Shown: positions 48,898 to 63,115, counted from the first letter of the stretch. The stretch is 64,000 nt of DNA from Eledone cirrhosa (GCA_964016885.1 OZ024740.1:316262001-316326000), one strand, 5' to 3'. Notes: generated from the letters alone by a model not told the origin. Numbers and translations are program-made.

Positions 48898-49039
48898 CAT
48901 ACAATTTATCCAATTTTATTTCAAAATACTCAAATATATTTCTAGGATAAAATTACATAAAAATAATAAAGAATTTAATATTTAATCAAATGTATAGAAA
49001 AAGAGAGTAGCATTGGAAAAGACTATAAATGCCATAAAT

Positions 49040-49330
49040 GAGAGGAAAAGAGCAAGGACTATTAGGTAATGAAAGAAAGGGGAAAGTGTTTTGGTTGCAC
49101 CCAACAAAACAAAATGGTAAAGGCATTTCCGTTGACAATGGCCAGCGACACCCACTGCAACAGCCACCCCACCATGCGAGGCTCCTTCCTCAGATGGACT
49201 GCTGTAATTCTAATTTTACAGATGAGGTTAGCTGTATGGGATCCTATGAGGCCTGTGGTCTCAACAGCAACCGGCGCTATACTATGATTATTAATACCAC
49301 ATTCAAAAGATATTGGAACTTATTCTGTTT
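49040..49330 (-). mobile_element. CRE-clade LINE 3' fragment
   Basis: IAPVAVETTGLIG...WLLQWVSLAIVNGNAFTIL. Confidence 0.7.
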
Positions 49331-51723
49331 ATAATATTGATTTCTTTATTAGCCACAAGGGCGCAACAAGAAAAGGGGACAATACAAAGACATGCCGGGG
49401 ATTTTACATACAGTCGTGTAAAAAATATAAAAACAAACAATTTCAACAATCGAAATCCCCAATAGGGGGGAGGCGCCACAAATGGGTTGTTTAATACCCC
49501 GTCGATAGAACAACCCTCAACTCAAGGAGCGTGTTGTGCAAGTGCTCCTTTCTTCCTTTTGCTCTCTTCCTCAACCTACAGGCTTATAAACAGAGAAGGC
49601 CCAATCACTCGGGCCATTTTCGCTTCATTCACCCACCTTTCAGTAAATTTACTGGGGTGCAGTGCCTCTCTCTCCACCCTGATTCTCCTTCTAAAGTGAT
49701 ACTTAAAGAATGGAATCAATTGTTGTCCGGAGAGAAAGGCATCTGTCCTCAGTCCTCTCAACCTCGTCCACCATATAACTTCTTTCACCATAGCCACCGT
49801 ACAGAGGAAAACCGCCTCTCTTTCGTTTTTGAAAGAGTCTGGCGGTTTGATCCTTACTATGGATTCGGCAGTCAACTGTATTTGTCCCATACGCGACAGC
49901 AGTTGTTCTGCATAGTTCCACAGGTCGCTTACGCCCGGGCAGTGTACAATTGCGTGCAGAACTGTTTCAATGTCCTGCGCACATCTTGGACACGTCCTCT
50001 TGGAAGGATCCCTGCCAGGGCGTCCATGCCTGTAGATCTTGTCACGAACCGGTAGAGCTCCTCGGTAGCACTGCCAGGCCAGGGACCTCTGGAAGTTGTC
50101 CATAGGTCCCGGGCGGAAAGTCCTACCAAACATACTGGTGAGCTCATCGTCTTCGACGCCCAGAGTCTCTCCGAGCACGTCGTCGCCCTTGTAACGTACA
50201 ATCCCTCTATAGAATATCGAAGTGGAGTATCCACTGATTGCTGCGCCCGCTTGCCAGAGGACTGTGAGCGCCTGAGCGCATTCAATGTGCCAGGCGCCCA
50301 TCGTTTTCGGTCTTTTCTTCACCCAGGACTGCAGCTCCGTTAGCGAGACGAGCTGTGGGAAAGCCTGTCTCACAAACGGTGCCCACACCGGTTGGGGGTC
50401 GGTGAGGAATACCTGGAGATGCCGCAGCCTCAGCGCATGTTTGCGCATAATAAGCCACGGCATTCCCAGCCCTCCGTTGGAAGGGTGCTGACAGCAGACG
50501 GATCTCCTCACCAGCGGAGCCTGCTTCTTCCACAGAAACTGGAAGAGCATGCGTTCCATCTTGGCGAGGTGTTCACGGGGACAAGGCACGACAGTCAAGC
50601 GGTAGTAGATGACGGACGCTATGAAAGTGTTCGCCACCTCCGCTCGACCTTTCAAGGACAGTTTGCACTCTGCCCACTTCTGGGTGAGTGCAAACACCTT
50701 GGCCGTGACCTCGTTCCAGTTTTTCTCCACCTGGAGGTCTGGACCGAACCAGACCCCGAGCAATTTCACCGGTCCGTCCGTCCAGCGTCCAACGACGCTG
50801 TCGGATGTCATCGGTTTGCCTCTCCACGTACCGAGTTGCAAACCGACAGACTTGTCTGGGTTTAGTTTTGCTCCCGTCAGCGTTTCGTATTCTTTCAGTA
50901 TGTTGCCGATCACCCCGATTTCCGAGGTGCTCGACACCATTACTGTCACGTCGTCGGCATAAGCCGACGCCGCTTTGCGCAGTCCCGGTTCTAGGGGGAT
51001 GCCCTGCAACAGCTACAATTTCCGCAGTAGTGGCTCTAGAGTCAATACATACAGAATGGAGGAGAGAGGGCATCCCTGTCGAATGGAACGCGTGATTGCG
51101 AACGGCTCCGATAGGTAGCCGTTCACCTTGACCCTCGAGCAGATGCTGGTGTGCATCGCCTTGATCCAGCCTCTGAACACGGGACCGAAACCGGCCGCCT
51201 TGAGAACCGCTTCCAAGTATCGATGGTCGACCCTATCGAATGCCTTAGACTGATCCAAGTTGATCAGAGCCCCACCGAAGCCGGGTTTACTACCCACCCT
51301 CTCTATGATGTATCGCATGAGGTGGAGGTTGTCGTGTATGGACCTGGTCGGGATTGCACACGTTTGCGCTTTCCCTACCAGGTTCTCGACGACAAGCGCC
51401 AACCTCGTCGCTAGCACCTTGGCTAAAATCATTAACTCTGTGTTGAGCAGAGTTATGGGCCTGAAGTTGTTAATTTCGTCCCCCTTGTTCTCGTCTTTCC
51501 TGATCAGCGTTACTATGCCCTTGCCTGCAGAACTGGGAATTCTCCAGTTCTGCTGCCAATTGCAGTAGACGGCTTCGAGGACGCCAGAGAACAAGTCCGG
51601 CATGCCTATGTAAAATTTGTAGGGTAGACCATCTAGACCGGGTGACTTGCGTTTCCCGCAGCGGCCCAGAGCGTCCCGTATCTCAGTGTCCGTGATCGGT
51701 CTTTCGCAGAACTCGGCGTCCAT
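49331..51723 (-). mobile_element. Tx1/L1-clade LINE, 5'-truncated (RT + CCHC), one in-frame stop
   Basis: SPGLDG, FRPITLLN, LDQSKAFDRV, RQGCPLS, AYADD, CPRC..ETVLHAIVHC; stop at 51013-51015; AATAAA at the 3' end; GC-richer than flanks. Confidence 0.93.
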
Positions 51724-53679
51724 TACAAGTCCAAGATAAGCTAAGTTGTTCTGTCTTTTTCTGCCAAAACAAAATTACATTTAGGAGATTGGATTCTATT
51801 TTTAGAGCTAAAAAAAATAAAATAAAAATACAATCCTGAAGTCAAGATAAAATCTTTCAAATATTGCTCACAGCTATTAAAATAAAGTAAATCAATTTCT
51901 GTTGGTTTCAACAAGGAGTATTTCAATTGTTCAATCAATAGAATTGAAATAATATGTAAATGGTTGAGTATTCCACAGACGTTTTTAGTCAATGTAATTC
52001 TCAGGGAGAACCAGCATGACACATTGTGATATAGCTGGTTCTTTGAATTACATGTACCATCCATTCAACAGGCTTCCAAGCAGTCCCCATTAACAGATTT
52101 TCTCTGTCAAGGTTTAGATCAACCCAAGACTATGGTAAAAGACACTTTCGTAGTAAGATACAACCCAGGGTTTCATGAGTTGAAGCAAACACTTCTTAAA
52201 TATTTTACCATACCTCAAACTATTACACTGAATCTAAAAAAAATAAATAAATAAAAACTCCATTATTTACAGCCTTTATACTTTGAGTAAGTTATGTCCT
52301 TTTATACTTTAAACTTGATGATCCAGTAATGATGTCCATGTGGTTATTCAATTCACTAGAAATATTATAAAATCTCCCTTAAATTACACCTTACTGTTGT
52401 AAGAAAATGGACAAAAAATGTAATCTTATACAACCCTAAAAAGATGCCTGTAATCATAAGTCTACTCAATTACGGCTTACTGGGAGGGGAGCATGACAAC
52501 TCATCTTAAACTTAAAACATTGGTTAATCTTTGATCTAAGATGGATCAAGTCCATGACAAAAAGCACCAAGTCCACCCTGTAAGGTGGTAGTGTTTGTGC
52601 CCCAACAAGCACCCAGTCAGCCCTATAAGGCAGCGGTGGTGGTGCCACAATAGAACACACCTGGTTGGTACTTGGAAGGGCATCTAGCCATAAAAACCAA
52701 ACTCAAAACAAAACTTATGAGCAAGATATGGTCACCTTAGAACAGTGCAACCTGTCCAATCCATGCAAGCATGGAAAATAGAAGTCAAACGATGATGATA
52801 CACTGTTACTCAGCACTAAACCTACATTTGTTCCTGTAAAATAGTTATTTCTCCAAAGTTACTCATACATTTAATCCCGTGTGCCATTTGTACATAAATG
52901 CTGAACATTTGTAATTATATCCTTGAAATAAATTATTAAAATATCATTCCTATCTTTAAACATATCAGTAATCAACATAAACTGTAGAGTTTTTCTTATG
53001 CAAACCCTTAATTTATCAAAATACAAATTCTTCGAGTAGCCCTGGTATATATGACATACTAATCCTAAAAATTCAGTACATTCAACACATTGACAGCATT
53101 GGTCCACTAGTACAATATATTTTAACATTGTATAAAGTATACTGTTACAGAACATTTTTCTTCATGTGTCCAGAGATCATGCAAAGCTATTTATAAGTCT
53201 GTCAAGATTGATATAAAAAACTTTATACACTTCCTTGGGAGGGGAAAAGGTCAGCTTTCTGCTCTTGTCATTTTTTCTACAAGGAATTTTTCAACATGCT
53301 AACACATATGTATATGTATGTGCATAGATTTATATGTATGAGTATATATATAAAGGCGCAACACAGACACGCTTACAAAAATACACACTCACAGACACAG
53401 CGTAGCAAATAGAATACCAGTCGCTGTTTTGCTATAGCTTTTTCACCATCCCCTTCCTCCCTTTTCCACACAAACACACACACACACACACACACACATT
53501 GTGTGACGGACAGACGGAAGTCACTCAAATTTATCTATAGATATTATAATTATCAAATAACTGAATTTACTTACACTTTTTTAACTCAAACTATTTTAAA
53601 TACTTGATTTATTATAAAATGTAGTTTGCTTGAAGCATTGTGTATAATATATAATGTAGAAAATGATATATATATATAT

Positions 53680-53810
53680 AATTGTTTCTACTTTTTTGCA
53701 CAAGGCCAGCAAATACCCAGTGCATTACTGGTACTTTATTTTATCGAACCCATAAGGATGAAAGGCAAAGTTAACCTCGGCGGGATTTGAACTCAGAATG
53801 GCAAGGGCCG
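53680..53810 (-). mobile_element. SINE S1 (3' two-thirds)
   Basis: Close match to 1684-1810. Confidence 0.8.
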
Positions 53811-53980
53811 TATATGTATGTGCATGTGTGTATGTGCATATGCATACATTTATATGTATGAGTATATATATAATGTAGAAAATGATATATATAAGACAGC
53901 TAAGACAATGTGAAATGGACAGTAAAATGAAGGCAACAAAAAAGTTAGTTACCTGCTTTTTATTATTTAGAATTGAATTA

Positions 53981-54135
53981 CCATATTTCCCAGCATCGAA
54001 GACGCTACTTTTTTCCTAAGATAAGTCTAAAAAATCTACCATGTGTCCTGGAGGCCGAAGGGTTTTTTTTTTTTATTTGGTTGTCAAAAGCGTGCGTCCT
54101 CGAGGGCAAAACGTCTTTGGCACCAGGAAATACGG
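53981..54135. mobile_element. pogo-like MITE
   Basis: TA|CCATATTTCCCAGCATCGAAGACG ... CGTCTTTGGCACCAGGAAATACGG|TA. Confidence 0.75.
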
Positions 54136-54235
54136 TATATATATATATATATATATATATAATAGAATACATTAAGTATACATATTTTAGGCTTTGTTCC
54201 ATTACATCAAACTGCAATCAACCATAATACACTAT

Positions 54236-54850
54236 ATCATCATCATCATCATCATCGTTTAACGTCCATCTTCCATGCTAGCATGGGTTTGGATGGTAAT
54301 TTTCCCACTTGAGGCAAGATTGGTTGTCTTGCTCGTATAGGACTGTCAGGCAGGTTTTCTACGGCTGGATTCCCTTCCTAACACCAACCATGTTTACAGT
54401 GTAGACTGGAAGGTTTTTACCGTGTTACCTACACGGCCACATTACAGCGTGGACTGTGTGTTTTTTGTCGTGACACCTACACGACCTCATTTATTTAGGA
54501 CTGGATGTTGTGGTACCAACATAACTTTACAGAGAAAGGGGTTGGTGTGGATGGGGTGGGGGTAGTGGGACGGGGGTGTATTTTGTTAGAGGTGCCTACT
54601 GACTGTAGGTTTCGCTTTGCACTTAGGCAAGGCGGGTCTTCTGTATTACTGCGTAGCGCCAAAGATCTCGGTCCAGTGACATTGTCTTGGAGAGGTGTAA
54701 GTGTGTGAGGTCGGAATTTATCAAGTCGTCCCAGGTTTTTCTGGGTCTGCCTACTCCGTGACTACCATCTATTTTTATTGCCCTGCACTTTTTTATACAG
54801 CTGTCGTCTTTCATGCGCATCACGTGACCATACCAACGTAGTCTTCTCTC
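54236..54850 (-). mobile_element. 5'-truncated RTE family B
   Basis: MRMKDDSCIKKCRAIKIDG...KTRLA*, 3'UTR, tail. Confidence 0.9.
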
Positions 54851-54874
54851 TATATGTGTTTATATATTTATATA

Positions 54875-55197
54875 CACTAGAACCTTGGTTCACAAATGCA
54901 TGTCATCACAAACAAATCAGTTCACAATTTTTCTGAACATAAAACATCTCGTTTCATGAAAGGTGTCTCGAGTAACGAACACACAAGCTGGCAACAAGCT
55001 TGGAGTATCAGCAGGAAAGTGTCACTTGCTGTGTAGTTAGTTACTATGGTGTTATCTATCTGTCTTTCACATACAATCTCTCTCTCTCACTGTATTTCTC
55101 AACATTTCACATGAGAAAAATAGTTTTGGTTTATGAACATTTCAGATGACGAACAGCCTTCAGGAACAAAATAAGTTTGTGAACTGAGGTTCCACTG
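54875..55197. mobile_element. Tigger-like MITE
   Basis: TA|CACTAGAACCTTGGTTCACAAA ... TTTGTGAACTGAGGTTCCACTG|TA. Confidence 0.75.
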
Positions 55198-55944
55198 TAC
55201 TATATAGTCATGTTACTATAGTAAGAAGCTTGCTTTCCAATCACAAGGTCCTCAGTTCTAACCCAACATTTGCCCCTGTACATGTTTCTCCAAAGTTATT
55301 CATACATTTAATCCTGTATGTTATTTTTACATACATGCTGAACATTTATGTAATTATATCCTAGAAATAAATTAAAATATTCTTATTTTTTAATCACTTC
55401 CTCATATCAATAATCAATATAAACTCTCAGGTTTCTCTTATGCAAACAGTTTGTATGATTGTTCATATATCCAGTAATCCTGGTATATGGAATACAAACC
55501 CTGAACTCCAAAAATTAAATACATTCAACGCTATTGTCATCATTATTGACAGCACTGGTCAACTAGTAGAATAATAAATTCTTTCTTGAGCACAAAATAT
55601 TTTAATTCCTTTTTGTATTATTATTGGTCACGAAGCTGACTCCAGCCCAATTTGTTTATAAAAGTATGGAACAAGATATAATATATCAAATCCAGTTTTC
55701 TTCATCAACTCATCTTTACTAACCCTATAGTCCAATTATTTAAACATATGAGGAGTTCAACTCATAGGATTAGTCTGCTCAATTTCAATTCTTGACACTC
55801 CCGTGCTATAATATACTCACTCACATACTAAGATATATCAATAACAATATTAAAACACCATCACAATATTTTTTCTTAACTTAGATAGCTGTAATATTTA
55901 TATTAATCAATTATGTTCAAATATTTTGTGAATAAGTCTAAAGG

Positions 55945-56215
55945 CTGTCTCAAGTTCGGAGGCTCATCAGGTTGGTGTTTATCCCAGTTTCTGTGGCGTG
56001 AAGCAACAGGGAATACAAGACTCCCCCCTGGACAGCATGCCAGTCCATCATAGGGTTAAACCCCCGGCTATTGCTGGTACTCATTTTCAGCTGAGTATAC
56101 TGGAGCAACATGAAATGAAGTGATTTGCTCAAGACCAACATGCAAACCAGGCCAGTAATCAAAAACACAACATTATGACAGTAAGTCCAACACTCTTACC
56201 ACTAGGTGACTTGCA
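55945..56215 (-). mobile_element. tRNA/CORE-type SINE
   Basis: Minus strand TCTTGAGCAAATCACTTCATTTCATGTTGCTCCAGTATACTCAGCTG...GATGGACTGGCATGCTGTCCAGGGG. Confidence 0.65.
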
Positions 56216-57302
56216 TGTCATAAGAGACAACTAAAAGCGTTGGTGCCTGGAAGAGCATCTGGCAGTAAAACTATCTCAAAACTTATGCCAGCACATAAAA
56301 ATGATAATTTGGTATGTTTAAAACAGTTTCTACAGCAGCTGTTACATGAGGTTTTGATGTCATAAAATAGCAATCAATATATAACAGTGTACAATGTTAT
56401 TTACTCAAATGAAGAATGAGTATAGAGGGTATTGGAACAGTACATTGCTTCCTAGTAGTACTAGTTACCTCTATAAGTCAGCTTCAGATGATTTATAAAG
56501 GTAACTCTACAATGAAACTCATACCATAAAAATAAGTGAGATGTTTAAAGACCATCCAGAGATTTTTAAATACAAAAAAAGAACATTTCTTTTAAAAATC
56601 AAAACAAACTATATATATTTTAAAATACTTGGCTGGTCACACTTGGGGGTCCAGCAGGATCAGTTGGAGACAGTTGCTTCTGACAGGACCCACTAGAGGG
56701 AGTGTTTCAGGACTCTGCCCCCACGACCCTCTCAGGAATAAGTGGGCAAAGAGGAAGAGTTGAAGGGAAACAGAAATTTTTAAAAAGTAGATAATGTTTG
56801 AAGATAATTTTTAAAAAATAGTATATTTAATGAATGAATGAAATTATTTTCTGTCTGAAATACATAACTCTTAATATATAAAACTGGAAAATTATAATTA
56901 TGTATACTTCTTATGCAGAATAGATTGAAGCATGCTCTGCCTAATGGAAAGAAAATTTCAAACACTACATGGTTACAAACAGTACAAGGAACAACAATAA
57001 AGACCTTGAACAAATGAAGGAGCTTTTAAGTAGTTACTCAATGTCTTAGAAAAAACATTGGCTGTCAAAGAAGTGACAATGTGTAGACACTGAGACCTAC
57101 TTTTACTTGCTGGTAATGGGTTGGACAAGAGATTTTTACAGCAGAATTCTATAGCTGGATGACCTTCCTGCTGCCAACAATTAATTGTTTTTTTTAAAGT
57201 ATTGTACAGATCTCTGTATACCTAACTGCTGCTCAGCAGGATCTCTTTATGTAGTACCTGAATAATAAACACCGCCTTTGATGTCATATATGGTAAGGGA
57301 AA

Positions 57303-57646
57303 CACATATACATATGTATATATGCATACACACACATACATATGTATACACACACAAACACATACACACACACATAAATATATACACACATATACATAAA
57401 TATACACACATATATAAATATATATACATATATACAGACACATATATACATATACACACACATAAATATATATACATATACACACACATAAATATATATA
57501 CACATACACACACATATATACATATACACACACACATATACATATACACACACACATATACACACATATATATACATATACACACACATATACATATATA
57601 TACATATACACACACACATATACATATATATACATATACACACACA

Positions 57647-57647
<1 letters not shown>
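57303..57647. repeat. Compound (CA)/(TA) microsatellite
   Basis: Direct reading. Confidence 0.95.
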
Positions 57648-57678
<31 letters not shown>

Positions 57679-58751
57679 ACGTTTAACGTCCGTGTTCCAC
57701 GCTTGCATGGGTTTGGACGGGGGTAGTCCCACTTGAGGCAAGAGTGATTGTCTTGCTCGCATAGGACTGTCTGGCAGGTTTTCTACAGTTGGATGCCCTT
57801 CCTAACACCAACCACATTTACAGTGTGGGTCTGGGAGGTTTTTACCGTGTTGCCTACACGGCCACATTACAGCGTGGACTGTGTGTTTTTTTGTCGTGAC
57901 ACCTACACGATCTCATTTGTTTCGGCCTCGATGGCGCGGCACCAACATAACTTTACATAGAACGGGGTGGTGTGGATGGGGTGGGGGTGGTGGCGGGACG
58001 GGGTGTAGTTTGTTAGAGATGCCTACTGGCAAGGCGGGTCTTCTCTGTTACTGAGTACCGCCAAAGGTCACGGTCCAGTGACATTGTCTTGGAGAGGTGT
58101 AAGTGTGTGAGGTCGGAGTTTATCAGCTCATCCCATGTTTTTCTAGGTCTGCCTATTCCGTGGCTACCGTCTATCTTTATTGCCCTGCACTTTGTAATAC
58201 AGCTATCGACTTTCATGCGCATCACGTGTCCATACCAACGCAGCCTTCTCTCGAGTAAACAACATCTGATCCCTCTTATCTCTAATTTTTTCCTTAGTTC
58301 GTTTATGCTTTGCCGTTCACGTATATTACTGTTACACATCCAGCGGAGCATGCAAGCTTCGTTCCTCTCTAGTCTGCGTATATCCTCTGCACACAATGCC
58401 CAGGTCTCACTACCATGCAACATTGCTGTTCATATGCAGGCATCGTACAACCTGCCTTTCATTTTTAGGGAGAACCCTTTAGCAGCTAATAGTGGTATAA
58501 GCTCTCTGAACTTTTTTCCAACCAGTTCTGACTCTAGCTACAGTACTTTCAGAGCACCCTCCCCCACTGCTGATTTTATCGCCCAGGTAACGGAAGCTGT
58601 CCACTATTTCTATAGAACCCTCTGCGCAATTGAAAGAGCTAGTATTTTGTGGGCACTTGCTGCTACTTATTGCACCAGAACACCGGCCACATGTAAAGTC
58701 TATGTTCTTAGTTAGCTTACCTGTGATCCCACTACATCTTTTATGCACCCA
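57648..58751 (-). mobile_element. 5'-truncated RTE family B
   Basis: WVHKRCSGITG...MLHGSETWA...GRPRKTW, 3'UTR, tail. Confidence 0.92.
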
Positions 58752-58878
58752 TACATATATATACATATACACACACACATATACATATATATACATATAC
58801 ACACACACATATACATATATATACATATACACACACATATATACATAAATATATATAGATATATACACACATATATAC

Positions 58879-58911
<33 letters not shown>

Positions 58912-59105
58912 ACACACATATACATGCACATAAATATATATACCTATACACACATAATTATATATATATACACACACAACACATGCACATACATATATAA
59001 ATATATATACATTTACACAAATATATATACCTATATACACATAAATATATATATCCACATACACAACACACATACAAGCACATATATATATACATAAATA
59101 TATAT
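58752..59105. repeat. Compound (CA)/(TA) microsatellite
   Basis: Direct reading. Confidence 0.95.
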
Positions 59106-59159
59106 AAAAAAGTGAAGAATAACATGGTTAACAGTCACACACACAACACATCACATACA

Positions 59160-59700
59160 CACTATTTAAAGCTGTACATGGCTATGGTGTGGCCACACTT
59201 AGAATTTGCATCACCAGTCTGGAACCCCCATCTTGCTCAGAACATTGACCGCCTGGAAACGGTTCAGCGACGTGCAACCAAGCAAATACCCTCCATCAGG
59301 CATTTACCATACACTGAATGCCTTACTTCCCTGGGCATGGATACATTGAAGCTCCGACTTGGTAAACACCCACAAAATTATTAACCATCTTGCCAACAAC
59401 AACCCTGAGTACCTTTTTGATTTCCATGTGTCTAACACACGTGGGCATGCCAACAGAGTCAGAAAACAGCACAGTTCCCATGACTTTCGGAAACATTTTT
59501 TCACTCTCAGAGTTGTTGAAGCATGGAACAAACTCCCTGCATCACTTGTTAGCTGTCAAGACTGCATCCTTTAAAACCTCCATGCTTCCTGAGATTCGGC
59601 AACACTACACCTAATATTCCCCCTACATACACACGCACACATGTATATCACGACTCATACACTATTCACTTCCCTGTCATTTGTATATTGTTGTATGTAC
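59160..59700 (+). mobile_element. CR1 3' fragment cut by the RTE-A insertion
   Basis: YLKLYMAMVWPHLEFASPVWNP...EAWNKLP; matches 43275-43830. Confidence 0.9.
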
Positions 59701-62700
59701 TATGGTGTTAGGAAGGGCATCCAACCAGTGTATTAATGCCAAAACAATTACGAGCACAGCAACAAATATATATCGCAATAACTGCGTAAACAGCAATAAC
59801 ACTAACGTAGTGGGGTGGCTGGTGCGTGAACCCCCCCGACCATCTTCAGGCAATCGCACAACAGGAAAAGGAACAAAAATATGAAGACGTCGCATCACAG
59901 AGTTGCAACACTTAATGTTGGCATTCTCACAGGTAGATCTGGTGAAATAGTGGAGATGCTGGAGAGAAGGCATGTGGATGTGTGCTGCATGCAAGAAGTG
60001 AGATGGAGAGGTGCCTCTGCGAGACTAATCACAGGCAAACATCTTAGTTATAAGCTTTTCTGGGTAGGTAAGGATGATGGGTTAGGGGGAGTAGGCATTT
60101 TCCTGGCTGAGAGATGGATCGATAAGACAATAGAGGTAGTTCTAGTTAATAATAGAATAATTAAGCTTAGATTAATTGTAGGCAGGAGACTACTGACAAT
60201 CATCTCTGCCTATGCTCCCCAAGCAGGCTTAGGTAAAGAAGAGAAAGACTGCTTTTACGAGCAACTTTTACAAACAGCCGCAATGACAGAGGACGGATAC
60301 ATCGTTATGCTAGCAGGGGACTTCAATGGTCATATTGGACAGCTCCAGGATGGTTTCACTGGGATACATGGTGGGCATGGTTACGGATCAAGAAATGAAG
60401 GAGTGAGACTTCTTGAATTTTGTGATGCAAGTACACTAACCACTTGCAACTAAGCCAGATTGACTTCTTACTAATTAGGCAGCGGGACAGGCAGATGGTG
60501 TCAAATACCAAGGCATACCCTGGGGAAGAATGTACCCCACAGCATAGGTTAGTCGTTAGTGATATCTCAGTAAGCAAGAGACGGAATGACACATACAGGA
60601 AGGTGTGGAGAAGAAAGGTCTGGAAGCTAAAAAACCTTTCACTAAAATACAAATTTCGGAAAGTCCTTCAAGATGTGTATGACGAAAAAGAAGATGATTT
60701 CGAGTCGTATGACATAGATGATAACTGGAATTTCTTACATGACAACTTACTGCAGGCTACTGATGAAACTTGTGGCTGGAGCAGAGCTCCAACCAGACAG
60801 AGAGTGACCTGGTGGTGGACAGCACGGTAGATAGGGCCATTAGAGAGAAAAGACTAGCATGGAAGGCTTGAAAAAAGGGTGGGAGTAGGGAAGGATATAC
60901 AGTCTCTAAGAGAGAAGCTAAACGTCAGGTGTATTTAGCACACAGGGAGGCTGAGAGTAGGAAGTTTGCCAATGTTCTGCAACGGGAGATCAAAGACATG
61001 CTGTGTTCCACATTGCAAGGCAGTGTGTCAATGCAAATCAGGATGTGGTTGGAGATAAATGTGTCTGGAATGATGCCGGTGTACTTAGTGTCATGAATGA
61101 TCAAAAAAAGAAGGCCTGGAAATGTCATTATGAGAGACTGATGAATGTGGAGAACAAATGGGAGAGAGAGAAATTACCCTCAGTAGATCCAACAGAGGGA
61201 CCAACTATTGAGATTGACGAATATAGGGTCCAAGAGGTGATTAAGGAAATGAAATATGGTAGGGCTGCTGGACCGTCGGGGATAGTTGCTGAGATGCTGA
61301 AGGCATCAGGGGACGTAGGCACTAAACTGGTTGCACGCATCACCAATCAGGCTATATATGGTGGTGTCATACCCAAAGACTGGTGCAGCAGTATTCTCAT
61401 AAATTGCTACAAAGGTAAAGGGGATGCTCTGGCGAGGAGCAATTATAGGGGTATAAAACTGATGGATCAGGTTATGAAAGTGGCAGAAAGGATATTAGCA
61501 CAACTAATTAGAGAAAGGGTCAAAATAGATGAGATGCAGTTTGGTTTTGTGCCTGGGAAAAGTACGATAGATGCCCTCTTCTTGGTGAGACGATTACAAG
61601 AGAGGTTCTTAGAGAAGAATAAGCTACTATACTTAGCTTTTGTTGACCTAGAGAAGGCCTTTGATAGGGTACTCCGATCTGTCATCTGGTGGTCCTTAAG
61701 GAAACTAGGTGTTGAGGAATGGCTTGTGAGGACAGTGCAAACTTTGCACAGAGGTGCTGTCAGTAAAGTCAGGGTAGGAATGGAGTTTAGTGAGGAATTC
61801 CAGATACAAGTAGGAGTACATCAAGGTTCGGTCCTCAGCCCGCTCTTGTTCATTATAGTCCTCCAAGCCATAACAGAGGAGTTTAAGACTGGCTGTCCAT
61901 GGGAACTTCTCTATGCTGATGATCTGGTTCTTATAGCAGAATCAGTAGAGGAGCTAGAGAATAAATTCTGGCTATGGAAACAGCAGTTGGAAGCAAGAGG
62001 ACTGAGAGTGAATCTAGCTAAGACAAAAGTGTTGATGAGTAGAAAAGAGGACAAAACCCTGATTCCGTCAGGGAAATGGCCATGTTCGATATGCAGAAAA
62101 GGAACTGGCATAAATTCTATAAAATGCACACAATGCAGATCCTGGGTACACAAGAGATGTAGCGGGATAGCAGGCAAACTAACAGGTAGGGAGAAATATG
62201 TATGCAGTAGATGTACAGGGAAATTAGACAGTAGAAGTCGCACTGATAGACACATTTTTCAAATGCAAGAGGGCGCTATAGAAGTGGTGGATAGCTTTCG
62301 GTACCTAGGAGATCAGATTAGCATGGGAGGAGGTTGTTCCGAGGCCATTGTATCTAGAATAAGGACGGGTTGGAAGAAGTTTAGGGAGATGCTTCCTCTG
62401 TTGACGAAGAAGGGTTTCTCCCTGCGTACGAAAGGCCGGTTGTATGATGCCTGTGTGAGGAGCGCGATGCTGCATGGTAGTGTCATGGGCAGCAACTGCA
62501 GAGGATATGCGATGGCTGGAGAGAAATGAGGCAAGCATGCTCCGTTGGATGAGCAGTGTAAATGTGCGTGAACGACCCAGCATAAATGTGTTGAGAGAGA
62601 AACTGTCTGAGAGGGATAGAATGTAGTGTACGGGAGAGGAGACTGAGGTGGTATGGACATGTGATGCGCATGGAGGATGACCGATGGGTGAAGAAGTGCC

Positions 62701-62896
62701 AGGAATTGCCAGTTGAAGGAAGACGTGGTAGAGGTAGACCACGAAAAACATGGGCGGAGGTGGTGAGAGCAGACCTCAGATCATTGAAGCTCACGGTGGA
62801 GATGACGAGGGACCGTGACGAGTGGAGAGATGCTGTGCTGAATAAGACCTGTCCCACCCTTGCAAGCAGGGAAAAGCGGACGTAAAATGATGATGA
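59701..62896 (+). mobile_element. Near-full-length RTE LINE, family A copy 2 (disrupted ORF from 59881)
   Basis: Colinear with copy 1 in the opposite orientation; deletion near 60450, frameshifts and stop, intact 3' tail. Confidence 0.95.
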
Positions 62897-62931
62897 TATA
62901 TATATATACACATGTATATATATATATACAC

Positions 62932-62994
<63 letters not shown>

Positions 62995-63077
62995 CACACA
63001 TGTATATATACACATATACACATGTATATATATATACACATGTATATATACATATATACACATGTATATATATATAT

Positions 63078-63115
<38 letters not shown>

